Below the pieces are notes generated by a model. That model searched no databases. It saw only the letters and a program-made list of their open reading frames with translations, and had not been told where the DNA came from. A program made the translations under genes and the position numbers. A stretch of DNA of 64,000 nt, from positions 20,798,260 through 20,862,259 of the forward strand of contig OZ316897.1 of NCBI GenBank assembly GCA_973895155.1. Direction: 5' to 3'. Below are positions 21,689-33,633 of this stretch, piece by piece; position 1 is the first letter of the stretch; each line of letters begins with the position of its first letter. The stretch comes from Marsupella aquatica. Its lineage: Eukaryota; Plantae; Marchantiophyta.

Positions 21689-22868
21689 TTTTGCTTTCAA
21701 TGCAATGAATTTTTATTTCTAAGTTTCCTTTCTTTTTGTGTGGCACAAAATTTCAGAGTCATAAAGTTGGATAGGATCTTCATTTAGTTTAGACTGTTAA
21801 GTGGCAATAGGACCCTTTGTCCATGGAATGCATTTTTATTGATAACTTTGACTGGAGGGATAAGTTGGTTTATTTAATTATTAAGATCCCACAGAATGCT
21901 TTTTGTGCAGTAGTCAAAACAAATATGTACATAAATCTCATGCAAGTTTAGATCATATTCCAGCAAAGCCCGGAACAATTAAAGAGCCTCACTGAGGAGA
22001 GAGTATCTAAAAGGCAAGAAAATCCAATTAAGACATTGAAAGTCTAGGAAGGCCAGAAAGCCCCAAAAAAACCAGGAGCCAAAAACCTAGCAAGATTGTA
22101 GTAATAGTTAGGCTAATCCTAGTCACAAATTTGATTAGGTTCCCATATGGGCTATTGTTTTTTAATCTTTTGAAGTGAGGCAGAGTGACAAGCCCCTTCA
22201 TATGGGCAATAAGAGCCTCTCAAAATTTGAGCTGTAGCCCTTGTTTTTGTGGAGATTTATGGCCCACAATGCTCAGTAGACAGGATGTTACTTTTTTCAA
22301 ACATAGCTCGCGGTGTATATGATATGGAAACTTGTTAGATCTGATTTGATGTGGCTACTAGGAGGGGTATGATCCCTCGTTAACATCCACTTTTCCTTTG
22401 TTGCATTTGCCACCTCATTTTCTAGTTTGGCTGTTTGAACTGGATCTTTTGTTTGGGTTCATTTGAAAGGGCCTTTTATCAAACTGAGAGAAAAACCCTA
22501 AGAGCATCCGCACCGGACAGCCATTCAAGGCGCCCAACAGTGAAAATGCAGGGATTCCTTTGGGAATCCACTTTTGGACTCCCCACCGGAACACAACAGG
22601 GTTCCACTAACACCCAGGGCCCGCCGAAACTCGCTCCTGCCACACCACTTCTGCCCTACAGTAGCGGCCCTGGCTTTGCCCGCCAACGGACCTCCTGTTT
22701 GGCTGAATGGTCGAGATTGAAGGTCGCAGCTGGATCTGACGGACGGAAGGAGGCGATGCTAGGCCCAAAATCCATGAACACATTTGATGATGACACCTGC
22801 CCGAGCTCCTTGTGGTGCTACAGTTTAGGGACTGTGTAAACTGTAGTCGCTGTAGTTGCGGGATCACC

Positions 22869-23872
22869 ATGGCTGGAACCAATGCTCGGGGGCAAAATTT
22901 TGCTAATGCAGAGTTGAAGCAAGTGTGCATGTCCTGGGTGAACATTTCTGAGGACCCCATCGTAGGCGTAGGGCAGAAAAATGCAGCATTTTGGGATCAT
23001 GTTGCTGCTCACTACAACCATCACCGACCAAAGGGGACTCAAGAGAGGGGAGCGAGATCATTGGAAAGCAAGTGGTAGGACCTGAAACGTGATGTTGCAA
23101 AATTTTCGGGTGTATATAGTGCTGTAGAGGACCTGAGGTTGTCGGGAGCAAATCAGGAGGACACTCTACACAAAGCTCTGGAATTATATCAACAAAAGAA
23201 TGCAAAGGGGAAGGAATTTGCCTTCATAGACTGCTGGTACATGCTCAAAGACTGCCCTCGATTTTCGCAGACAGTGGAGGACATGGCATCCAAGGGGAAG
23301 GGCAAATCTCAGAGCAAGGGAAGGACAAATCAAATGTGCCTCCAACACCACATTCGCCAACATAAATCATTAACCAGCATGGTGGAGGTCTCTCAATAGT
23401 AGATGGAATGGAATTCAGCTCAAATTCACAGCAGAGACCGATTGGCAACAAGTCTACCAAGAAGCTTAAGTCTGAGGAGTGCTCTTTTCGCATTGCAGCT
23501 TATGCTCAACGGGATATGGCAGCCGCCAATGCCAAACGGATGAAGATATTGGAGGATCAGAGCCTACCCAACCTGTTTAGTATGAGAGCTGCAGATGTAG
23601 ACGACGAATGCAGGGAATTCTTTCGAGCTTGTAGAGCCCGAGAGCTTACCAAATTCGCACAGAGAATTGAACAAGAAGAGGCTGAGGCTGCTAGAGCTAG
23701 TACTAGACGTAGTACATCAAGTTCCTCACCGGAGGTGCCAATTAGTGAGCAGCCTGTTGTTCCAGAATTAGTCCAGACTCCAGAAGCCACTGGCCTTGCT
23801 GGTAACAAGAATTTCTTCATGAGTCAACTGGAAGTGGAACAAGCACTAGGGAGGGGAAGTCCAATTGAGTAA
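22869..23872 (+). pseudogene. Harbinger ORF1 (Myb/SANT-like, NAM-associated type)
   Basis: RGQNFANAELKQVCMSWVNISEDPIVGVGQKNAAFW...RSLESKW*, FAFIDCWYMLKDCPRF, RPIGNKSTKK; one stop plus a frameshift. Confidence 0.82.
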
Positions 23873-24080
23873 GATCCAGGACATTTCGTAGCTCATAGCT
23901 CAATTTTCCACTGCAGATTAACTAATGTGTCTGTCCAATTTTGGAAGTTTAGACCAGATTTCAGAATTCACATTGTACATGCAGAAATGAGATCAGAATT
24001 TGCTCAGAGAATTGTGAAATTGTGATGTTGTGTCCATTTGAATTCAACTTTGTATGTACAATCTTTGGTGCTGAACTAAA

Positions 24081-25137
24081 TCACTACATCTGTCCAACAT
24101 AATCGAATTGATGACCTCTACCTTTGAGAGCCCACAAATGCTCAACTAGATCATTTCACAGCATGTAGTGAGTGTCTGAATCCTCAATGACTCGAGTTGC
24201 AGCCAAGTACTCTTTCCAGTCACTAGTTGTGAGTCTCTCTCCTTGCCTATTGCTTCCTTGCTGTTGTTCCCGTTCTTGTGGCAAATTCTCTAGTCGCTCA
24301 TCATTTATTATCATATTATGTAAAATTACACAGGCAAGAAGGTTGTCTTTGATCACAGCCTGGTTGTAAATCCTCACAGGATTCCGAATAATGCTAAAAC
24401 AAGCTTGCAACACACCAAAAGCTCTCTCCACATCCTTCCATGCACCTTCTTGGCATCTGGCAAACCACTTTCTAGCTTCACCCTGTGGCAATGCTATTGT
24501 CTGAACAAAAATTGACCAATCCTCTCCCCTCATTGATTTCCAGTTGTCTCTCCATGTCTTCCTTGGTAGGCTGCCTCACGTATTTTTCCTAAAAAACCTC
24601 TCGAATGGCTCTGCAGAATCTCTTCAGAGAATCCATAGTTGTGGTTTCTCCAATGCGGCAATACTCATCCATGGCATCTGCTGAAACACCAAGTGAAAGC
24701 TGTCTCAATGCTGCTGTAACTTTCTGAATTGAAGATAGGCCCTTCACTCCAGCAGCATCCCGTTTCTGGACAAAATAATCGTCAGCTTCACACACTGCAT
24801 CATGGATTTTCCAGAAAAGATGTCTTCTCATTCTATATCGCCTTCTGAATTGAGCATCTGTGTACACTGGATTCTCTCGAAAATAGTCCTTCCAAATTCT
24901 CTCATGCCCAAGCTCTCTGTCTCGATCAATGTTCTTGCTTTTTCCAGGCAATGATCCACCTCGTTTCTTCCTATTGTGTCGCCTGTAGAACTCCATGAGA
25001 GCCAAAGGTCCAGAAATAGTGGTGTGCTCCCACCACGTCTGTTCCTGATCCAGCTCTTTCAATTCATCTCGAATTTGCTGATTCAATTGAGCCCGCCACT
25101 CGTCATGAGAGGTCATTATCTCCAAGCAATGCTGCAA
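24081..25137 (-). pseudogene. Harbinger (HARBI1-like) transposase with internal deletion of the DDE core
   Basis: FRRRYRMRRHLF, QKVTAALRQLSLG, DEYCRIGETT, WSIFVQTI, KDVERAFGVLQ, ACVILHNMI; the GSIDC...LADGIY segment is absent near 24520. Confidence 0.88.
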
Positions 25138-26310
25138 ATGTGACTAGTCGATTGTGGCCCTAATTTACACCATTTCTCGTGCAATGTTTGGAGCAATGGA
25201 GGCTGCGTGCTACTCTGCGCCTCTCAAATTGAGCTATGGTGGCCAGGCCTCGGTTGAACCTGTGGAGGTATGGCCTCGATTGAAGGTCCGCAGCTATGGT
25301 GGTCGAGTCTCATCAGTCGCAGGCCTTGCATTCTGTCCTCGGAGTGTCGAGTTGGGTTCCTGTGAAACCAATCTCGTATGGCCGCAGCACCCGAAAATGG
25401 CGGCCAAATTTAGCGGGATGGGTGGGGGCCGGCTATACTGCCCGGGCGAGTGAGTGCCCAACAGCCTCGCTAATCTTGCCTATAGCGGGCCGTTTTTGGC
25501 CGCATGGGTAGGGATGCTCTAACAGAGGAAAGGCAGGCACCTATTTCATAGCTAAGATTTACCACAACATTTAACAAATCAACTACAGCAACCTTTTGGG
25601 TTACAAAAGCAGCAAGCTCCATATCAACTAAAGAGTTACACATGGCGGTCCATGTGAACGTCATATTGAGAAGAGTGTGGATTTGTTGCCTGCGTGCAAG
25701 GATTAAGCCTTAACACCATCTCTGAGTAATATGCGTACAATGGGTATGACGAGGATTGTGATTCCAAATAAAATAGATGAAGATCTCCTAAGTGGCAAGA
25801 TTATTGTAGGTTACACCACAATGTACTAATTCGTGTTGACTACTTTCACCGAACCTAATATTAGGACACGTTGCCATCATTTACAGTGCTGACCTTTAGA
25901 GATGTTTCTCTCGTTTCCAACCCGTAGTCAAAAGTAAGCTTTAAAGTACAACGAGGGACTCAGCTTAGTACTCGACCACATCGGAGTCAGCCGCCTCCTC
26001 GACAAGTTTCAACACAAAGCTTCACCCCAGTTTCTCATAGTAGTTGTAACAGTTTTCATAGGAAACTATTCAACAGGTTCAATACAGAGCCAGCCAATGG
26101 ATTGCTTATAGTAGTCTCTCCAGTACAAATGCTCCAACATTGGGCGCAATGTTCCAAGTTACTACTGTAGAAGAAGAATAGTCCTACATAATAAATGGGC
26201 CAGCATTCTACCTTGGGTATCACATTCAGTAAACCCAAACGGGCCGACATCTGTCAAAATTGAGAATTACAATAAGTCCTAAAATCGATGTGGTAACAAT
26301 GGTTACATCA

Positions 26311-28747
26311 TCAAAGTGACTTCCCCTCAATTTGAGGCTTTCCCTTATCCTGCGGTTTGGGCTTCCCCTTGCCTTTGCCTTTCCCCTTCCCTCTCCCCTT
26401 CTGCCACTTCAGATAAATTTGATATGACAGCCCAGTAAACACCATGGCAACACCCCCCCACTGTTCACATGTGAGGGCATTGCCATTCCAGAGGGCTGAG
26501 ACTAGAATGCTGACAAACTTCCGAGTGGTAGTAATGGTGGTGTTAGTCAAAGCACCAAAACGACTAATTGTCATAAATATAAAATTCTGGCCAATTGCAC
26601 CACACAGGCAATACATCAGAACGTCATAAGCAGCTTCAGGATGCTCTCTACAAAACTGTATCGCCTCATAGCCACCACCTTTGGACCAACCGAACATGAA
26701 AATTGTCATGTATATGGATCCCCAAAAGTTCATTCCCAACATCAGCTGCCAACCACTTGTCTTAGGGTAACTGCAGAGACAAACGGACGACACACATCAG
26801 CAAATCTCCAGGCAGCAGGACAACACTTCACTGCAACGGATCCATGAAGGAAAACAAAATTGTGCTGCGAAGGAAAAAGTTTTTTATTGTGCATACTGAA
26901 CAGGAGGACAATTCTTGTCAGCTTGACATACCTCAATTTGATTGAATCTTGAGTTGAATTTGTAAACCCATCAAGTAGCAGATTCAAAAAACATAATCCA
27001 TATCCATAAGCTGCATTTGGACTTGCAACAGTGCTAAATTTCTTGCTGCTACTCTGCAGGAAAGAATTTTTAAGCACAAAGAAAACAAGCCTCATGAATG
27101 CCGGCCACTCAGAAATTCAAAATGTCTCAACATTTCTGACTCAAAAACACCTTCATCAAAAAGATTACCTAGTGATGCAACTCGAAAGCTGACCAGAATT
27201 ACATACAGCCTACAGCCTACCATCAGACAGCAAACTCAGAAAAACCATCTGACCGGCAAGGGGAGATCCCTAAATAACTCCACAAGAAATCAAAAGCCAC
27301 GTTTCACAGCTACTGACCTTGAACAGAGCAAATGAAGCCACACCACCCGCAACCAAAAACGTGCAAAAGTATTCAGGCCACGTATAGTGCACTCCATAGA
27401 CGATTGCGCCCATGAACATTACTGCCATCCAACAAGAATCAAATCAGTTGGTCCCATCGGCTGTATGTTATAATCACCGCTTAAGCGCCAGATCAGATTA
27501 CGGGACTTGTTGTAATGGCCCAAAACTCTACTGAGCTGAAAGTGAAATAATGGAAAATAATCGAAACGTTGCGAAGAATGTCCTATAGCAATGAATCTGA
27601 AGAAATTGTTCTAATGCAAGCAAGTCTTCAATTTCATAAAGCACCTTCACAAAACCTAAATAAAACCAAGGAATAAGGAAGGTAAAAGTACAGGTACGCT
27701 TATTTGGGTGCAAAAACGGATGTGATATATACCTGGAATCATCTTCGATGATTTGGCCAGCACCTGTTGAGGAAATCAGAATAAAAGTAACACCGTCAGG
27801 ATCGAGCAGCTATAAACTTCTAAGAGGATGTACACTAAGGTATTACGTGAAATGAAAACGGATACTGCGGTAAACAGCAAGGTTTCAATGTTAAGGACGA
27901 GAAATGCTCTCTGATCTCGCACTCATACACCTTGGAAAATGGCACAGGATGGCAAAAAATCACCTGGGCAGGATAGCTTATATATTTCAGTGCCAGGATT
28001 CCGCAAGCTGGTCCGACGGAATTCGTGATACTGGCGCTCCAGAAAGTCCATAGTGGAGCTTGAGAGGTACTCTTCCGACTCCACAGTTCCAACACTGCTC
28101 TTCAATTTCAACCCAACAACTACGTGTCAAGCGGATGTTATGGCATTCCATTCTAGCAATGCTGTATATATATCCACTGACGACTTCGCAGCTTTTCAGC
28201 TTTAACGCAACAAACCGAACATTTTCGACCTGCTAGTGGCAAACCTAGACCAGCAACAAGTACTTTTAATGTTTGGGAAATCCTACTGTTCGCATTTTTA
28301 AGTTGAACAGCAGTAAAATTCATACAGTGACGTGATAAAGCCAAGAGTGAGAACTCACTAATAAAAGACCAAACGAAGCAAACGACATTTTGAGCCCAGT
28401 TGAGAAACGTGAGGTGCTCAAATCTTTTGCCATCAGGCCCAAATTTCTTCGTAGACCTGTTCAGCCAAACGGTTCCAACAATGAAAGTTTCAGATCAGCT
28501 GAAAAGAGTATCTGAAAAGTACCTGGTATTTAATTCAGTAAGATACTAACGTCTAACCAAAATGGAGGACCCTCCAGTGCCTGGATAGAAAGTAGAATTG
28601 ATAGATTCTCGCTATCAAGAAACACGGCAATTAGACTTCAACAACTTACAAGTTTTCCTGCAGCACGCCTTGATAGACATAAGCAGACCAGATGCCTAGC
28701 ACGCACAATCCGAGAAGCAGAAGGCGCCCCACGGCACCGTCTGCCAT
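26311..28747 (-). CDS. UDP-galactose/UDP-glucose transporter (UTr1/UTr3, SLC35B1-like), about 7 exons
   Basis: MADGAVGRLLLLGLCVLGIWSAYVYQGVLQE; FEHLTFLNWAQN; SITNSVGPACGILALKYISYPAQVLAKSSKMIP; LDGFTNSTQD; GQNFIFMTISRFGALTNTTITTTRKF; GT-AG introns; Lys-rich tail. Confidence 0.92.
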
Positions 28748-30952
28748 ATCCAAGACCTCCTTGCTCTAGTCTCCTCTCCTCTCCACGAACTTGCGATTGT
28801 GTTGAATGGAACTCCTTGGTCACGCGAATCCCCTCCTAAAATTAGGTTTTTCAGTCACTCACAAAGTCATTCACAACTTTGACATCCCCTAAATACAGAA
28901 CGCAGAGTTGGTGACCGTTTTGGCTCCGCGTCACAGATGAAAGCTTTCCAATCTCCCACAATGTCGACCGATAACGACACGATGTTTTCGCAAGCTTCGC
29001 GCCGCGCTCCTTCTGCTCCTTTCCGCTTCAATCTCTTCTCCACTCACTCAAAAACACACCCCCTCCGATGTCCCTTCTCCTCTACGGAAGAACCAAACCA
29101 GCGGGCTCCAATCTTTCCAATCCTCTCCGCCTCCCTTGTCCCCCTCTTCTTCCTCCTCGCGACGATCGATCACTCACTTCGAGCGAAAATCCTCCCCCAC
29201 GACAGCACGGCACGCAGATTATCAAGAGGACCACAGAACCAACAAACACCTTCCGATTATTTCCTCCCGCGGCAGGCAGCCAGGAGGTCGATGCCGCAAG
29301 GAGAGAGAAGAACTGTGCAACAGAAAATCCTCCTCAAGGCAGAATAAATAATGATGAGCAAGCAGATGGGAGGAGCTCCGAGAGCAAGTACAAAAGGCAG
29401 GCCGCACGAAGCCCAGTCAAGCAAAGCAAAGCAGCAGACCCACCGAGACGCGAAGAGAATAGAAAAATCGACAGAAGCAGTGGTGTTCAGTCAGTCACCA
29501 CTCTCATCTCATGATTGTACAGTGGTTTCAGACAAGCCCTCAGCATTACAGTCAAGAACGAGAAAAGAGGAGTGAGCCAATTCAGAGCAGACCACAGAAC
29601 ATCACAGAATGCAGATCTTCTACTCGAGCTTTCGTCTCTTGACCAATGCTCTCGTCCGATCGATGCTCTTCTTTCGCTCTCTCTCGTCTGATTTGTAAGA
29701 CCTCTTCCGAAGAATCCTCTTTCATCGACCAAAGACTCCTGTATGCACAGTCCTTCGCAGAAAGGACGGCCCGAGGACTCTAGAGGTCGTTCGCGGGAAT
29801 CGATACCACGTGTACCAGATCGACGGCCCTGGTATTGCCGTCGCGTCATAGGGGGAGGCGTGGCCGTCGATCAGACGTCATTGAAGCGGCCCCGGACTGA
29901 GTCCTGCTTTCAGACCCAAACCCCGGCGCGGTCCTGTGCGCAGTATTCAGCACGGTTTTCATCCCCCTTGCTCCACTTTCAAGGGCGAGGAATGATCGCA
30001 TCAAGGTCACGCGCGTGGATAGGGACTGTAAGGGGGAGTCGCGGTCGGTCCCGTGCACAGTATTAAGCATTGTTTGGAGCCCCGGTTTAGCTTCAAAGGC
30101 GCAGAAATGGTCGCAGCACGGTCACGCGCGTGGATAGGCACTGTACAGGGGAGTCACGGTCTTCCCTTCTACGTGAGGACAAGATCGTGCGGCATGTCAT
30201 GTCGCGCCGACCAATCAATATTGTTGGTGAAAAGTGCTTTTATTCAAACCGTTTTTTAGTACCTTGTGGTACTACCGTAGTGATTTGGTTCGCTACTTTG
30301 ATGGCTAAATATTATGTTGACTCGCTTCCATGCTAAACGGATCTCCATTTATTTTTCCAGGCTAAAGAGTTTTCTCATTTTCCGTATATCACTTAGACCT
30401 AGCCAAAACTTGTGTTCTGGCCTATATAAAAGTCATTTGGCATACCTGAAATAGGTGGCAGTTTGATCACTGCAGGATGTAGGAATGCTGTGTCAATTAT
30501 TGTCTACAAGCACAAAGTATTACTTTTGGTTCCGCTCATTTCCCTCACTTTTATGGTCAGCTTGGATGCATTACAATTCTCAGTGTGTCCCAGACCAATT
30601 ACGTGTCAAGATACTAAAAACTGGTTGCTAATTCTGACTGAATTGGTGGACAAGAATATAGAACACAACTGGAAAAAGGAGATGACCCAAGGGAGTGCAA
30701 AATTCGTTTGCAATGAAATTCAAATAATGCAAATCATTTCAGTCAAGGAGCCAAAGTTTAGAAATGTCTGACCCACCTATCCAGATTAAATCAAATTAGG
30801 GAATAAAATGGAGCAAAGGGCAGCAGTTCTACTCGTTACACTGTCCATATCTAAATCTAAGAAGGAATAAAAGGAAGCAAAGGGCCCCACTCTTGTTCTA
30901 AGTCCCATTGTTCGACATGTAGGGATTGAGCTCCCTTAACTCTCATTGCAAG

Positions 30953-31786
30953 ATGTCAAAGCTGATGCAAGGGAGCTTGGCCACAATCAAAGAAGCTTGT
31001 CGTCGACCCATCTGGGAGGAACCCAACCTCCAGTACGATGGCACCGAGCCACCCAAGGGATGGCTCGATCGGCTGAAGCGACTCAGACAGATTCATGGGT
31101 ACAACGACAAGGAGATTGTCCACGTTGCAGAAAAGTGTATGAAAGGGTCTGCTCAGCTATGGTTCCGAATTCACCAGCCCAAGTCCTTCGAGGCCCTGCG
31201 CACAGGGTTGCACATGAGATTTGCCTCTGGCCCAATCCTAGTTTCTCAAAACGCCCTTCCACGAGCAAATGGTGGTCGCTTGGGTTCCGCCTCGCCTGCA
31301 AAATCGCATGTTAAGAAACTCGTGCCTAGTGTTGTTCAATGGGATGTTGGAACCAACTCCTCCCCGCCGAAGAGTTTGGAACTCGTTGCCAAATCAGTTG
31401 TCTTGGCAGATAATGATACTGGAAAACAAGCCAAGACCACCCACAGAAGCCAAGAGTCACGAGACGACTCAGACTCTAGTAATTTGCTACCACAAAGCAA
31501 GTCAAACATTGCCTCCTCCAATGTCAGCTTGAGCACTTCAAAGAATAGGATGGAGATTCAGACTTCTGCACTCAATTCAAACACTCGAAAGGGTGACAAT
31601 CATATAGACAGAGGAACCAAGAGCATGGATACTACATCTGTTTCTCTATCGAGTATGAGGTTTGATTCTGGCCCATACGTAAGGATTCCTTTCTGTCATC
31701 AGTTTTCTCCTCACTTATTTCTTGAACAAGTCGCCCTTTATAGAAGCAAGCTTTCATTACTCAATCGATCGACTGCTTTCAATTAG
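30953..31786 (+). CDS. Orphan ORF with a retrotransposon-Gag-like N-terminal domain followed by a Ser-rich region; possibly exon 1 of a longer spliced gene
   Basis: YDGTEPPKGWLDRL...AEKCMKGSAQLWF...SFEALRTGLHMRF resembles the Ty3/gypsy capsid pattern. No LTR or pol nearby; possible GTAAGG donor at about 31679. Confidence 0.45.
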   Translation: MSKLMQGSLATIKEACRRPIWEEPNLQYDGTEPPKGWLDRLKRLRQIHGYNDKEIVHVAEKCMKGSAQLWFRIHQPKSFEALRTGLHMRFASGPILVSQNALPRANGGRLGSASPAKSHVKKLVPSVVQWDVGTNSSPPKSLELVAKSVVLADNDTGKQAKTTHRSQESRDDSDSSNLLPQSKSNIASSNVSLSTSKNRMEIQTSALNSNTRKGDNHIDRGTKSMDTTSVSLSSMRFDSGPYVRIPFCHQFSPHLFLEQVALYRSKLSLLNRSTAFN

Positions 31787-33248
31787 GATTCTAACAAAAA
31801 TAATCTTCCCTCCTTTAAAAAGAATCGAAGGACTGCACCAATGTACTCGTTTGCCAAACGAAGAACGGCAAGTTATGAAATTCTTTGACAAGCATGTTGG
31901 AGTTAAATTGGAGCTACATTGGAGCTTTTCCTTCATTCCCTAATCCATGCCTTTAGAGGTTACTGAAAGTGCTGGCAGTAAAATTTTAGGGATGAATATC
32001 TCATGGTAGACAACAACTTCGATTTCAGGTAGACGCTCCTATATAATGCTTACATGGAGGTAGTTTTTGTGCTATCATTTTCAGTCGCCGGATCTCAGCC
32101 AAGGATGTGCTCGAAGGGGATGGGTCAAAAAGCTTACCACTCAGTTGTAAAACTTTGCCAATAAACTGGAAAGAAGCTCTGCTGAAGTTCAAGCACGCTA
32201 TCCATCTGGCTATGCGTGAGAATATCTTTGGATGCCCACCTCCACTCTCCTCAATCCTGATGTCTTTGTTAGTATCAAAAGTCTACCTAATTCAGTATCC
32301 GTATCCATTATTGTGACTCTCTATGTTTTGACCTCTCTCCTTCTGAAATAGAGTTTATTTCTTGTCCGCTTGTACAATTATTGGCTAGGCAACAATCTTT
32401 GCTTGCATTGCTTTGAGTTTCAGGGGGTGACTGGACACAAATGTCACCAGATTTTTGCAAATATTATCTTCGTTGTTACCGTATGCGGACTTCTGGCTCT
32501 AAGAGGGAGCTTATCCACCGAATCAGAGATCATCTGGAGTGAGTCGTCTCTTCCAATTCCTGGCAAATGTTGCTTAATTGGGTCAAACTAAACTGTTTAC
32601 AATGTGTTCCTCGTTTGAAAGGACAACTTCTTTACCTCCCTTGTTTTGTAGCAGAATGGTTTTAGCTCATAGACATATGGAAAATCATTTTAGAATTTTA
32701 AAAGATTAGAGTGGTGAAGCTTTTTGGCTATTGTGATATAAAATGATGCTACATGTTATGTAAGTGGTTTAGGGAATGCCAGTGGCATGGCAGGCACTGA
32801 GCGACTAGCAGCTTCTGCAGATTGACCGATGGTTCAGGAGCACACAAGTACCCTCGAAGTTCCTTTGTAATTGATTGTGCTGGTTGGTGAATCATTTCTC
32901 TCTCTTAGTTGTCATTGTGCATTCCAAAAGACTACCCTCTCTGACATGTTTTGTAGGAACTCCACTCTAGGGCTACATTACGAGCAACTTAAATGACAAA
33001 GAACAAGAATTCAGTTTGTCAAGGTGCCTTTCAAAAGTTCGTTGGGTTTGGTCATCTTTGCTACGAATATATAACTTCTGATTTTTTGTTGTTGTTCTTT
33101 GATGGCATAATAAAGTTAGTTCAGGTCACAAAGTGCACATGAAATGGGGAGGGAGTATTGCACAAGACTTTAAAATATTGTGAAAATGTGATCTTAGGTG
33201 TTGTGTGCTTAGGCGATGTGATCTTGTTTGAACAGAAGTTGCGAGCTG

Positions 33249-33633
33249 GGTAAGTTCTGGCAGGCATCACTCCTACATGTTGCTAAAATTACCACAGAGT
33301 ACCCTTGAAGTTTGCCTAATGACAAGAATACCCCTCCTAGCTGTATGGTGTGCCATTGTTTCTCAGCCACTCCCTGACAAGCCAGTTAAGAGGAAGGGAT
33401 GGAATTTGCAACAGACTTGCAGCAAGCACATTCTTGAATAGAGGGATTCATGTCAGAATTTCAAATAATATACTGCTTTTTAAGTTTAGGCTGGAAGGGA
33501 CTGAATCTGACCTCAAGAAATCCCAAACAGATCCCCTCAATTGAAATATGAGGGGCATTTCTGTAAACTTTAAACTTTAAGGGTATCTGAATATTATCTT
33601 GGCAACCTGTAGGGGGAATTTGGTAATCTTACC
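33249..33633. mobile_element. Degenerate Mutator-like MITE
   Basis: Imperfect TIRs of about 85 bp (GGTAAG...CCTACA.GTTGC...TACCCTT.AAGTTT...CCCCTC); no TSD recognisable. Confidence 0.6.

Larger units (their letters stand above)
22502..25519. mobile_element. PIF/Harbinger DNA transposon, defective
   Basis: TAA target duplication; TIR GAGCATCC.../...GGATGCTC; convergent Myb/SANT-like ORF and transposase. Confidence 0.9.

Noticed and set aside
28937-29575. Several overlapping plus-strand ORFs
   Set aside because: Antisense to the transporter's 5' UTR/intron region; compositionally biased, with no motif.
29929-30160. Diverged ~117-bp tandem duplication upstream of the transporter
   Set aside because: Only two degenerate units, with no TIR/TSD or other support for function.
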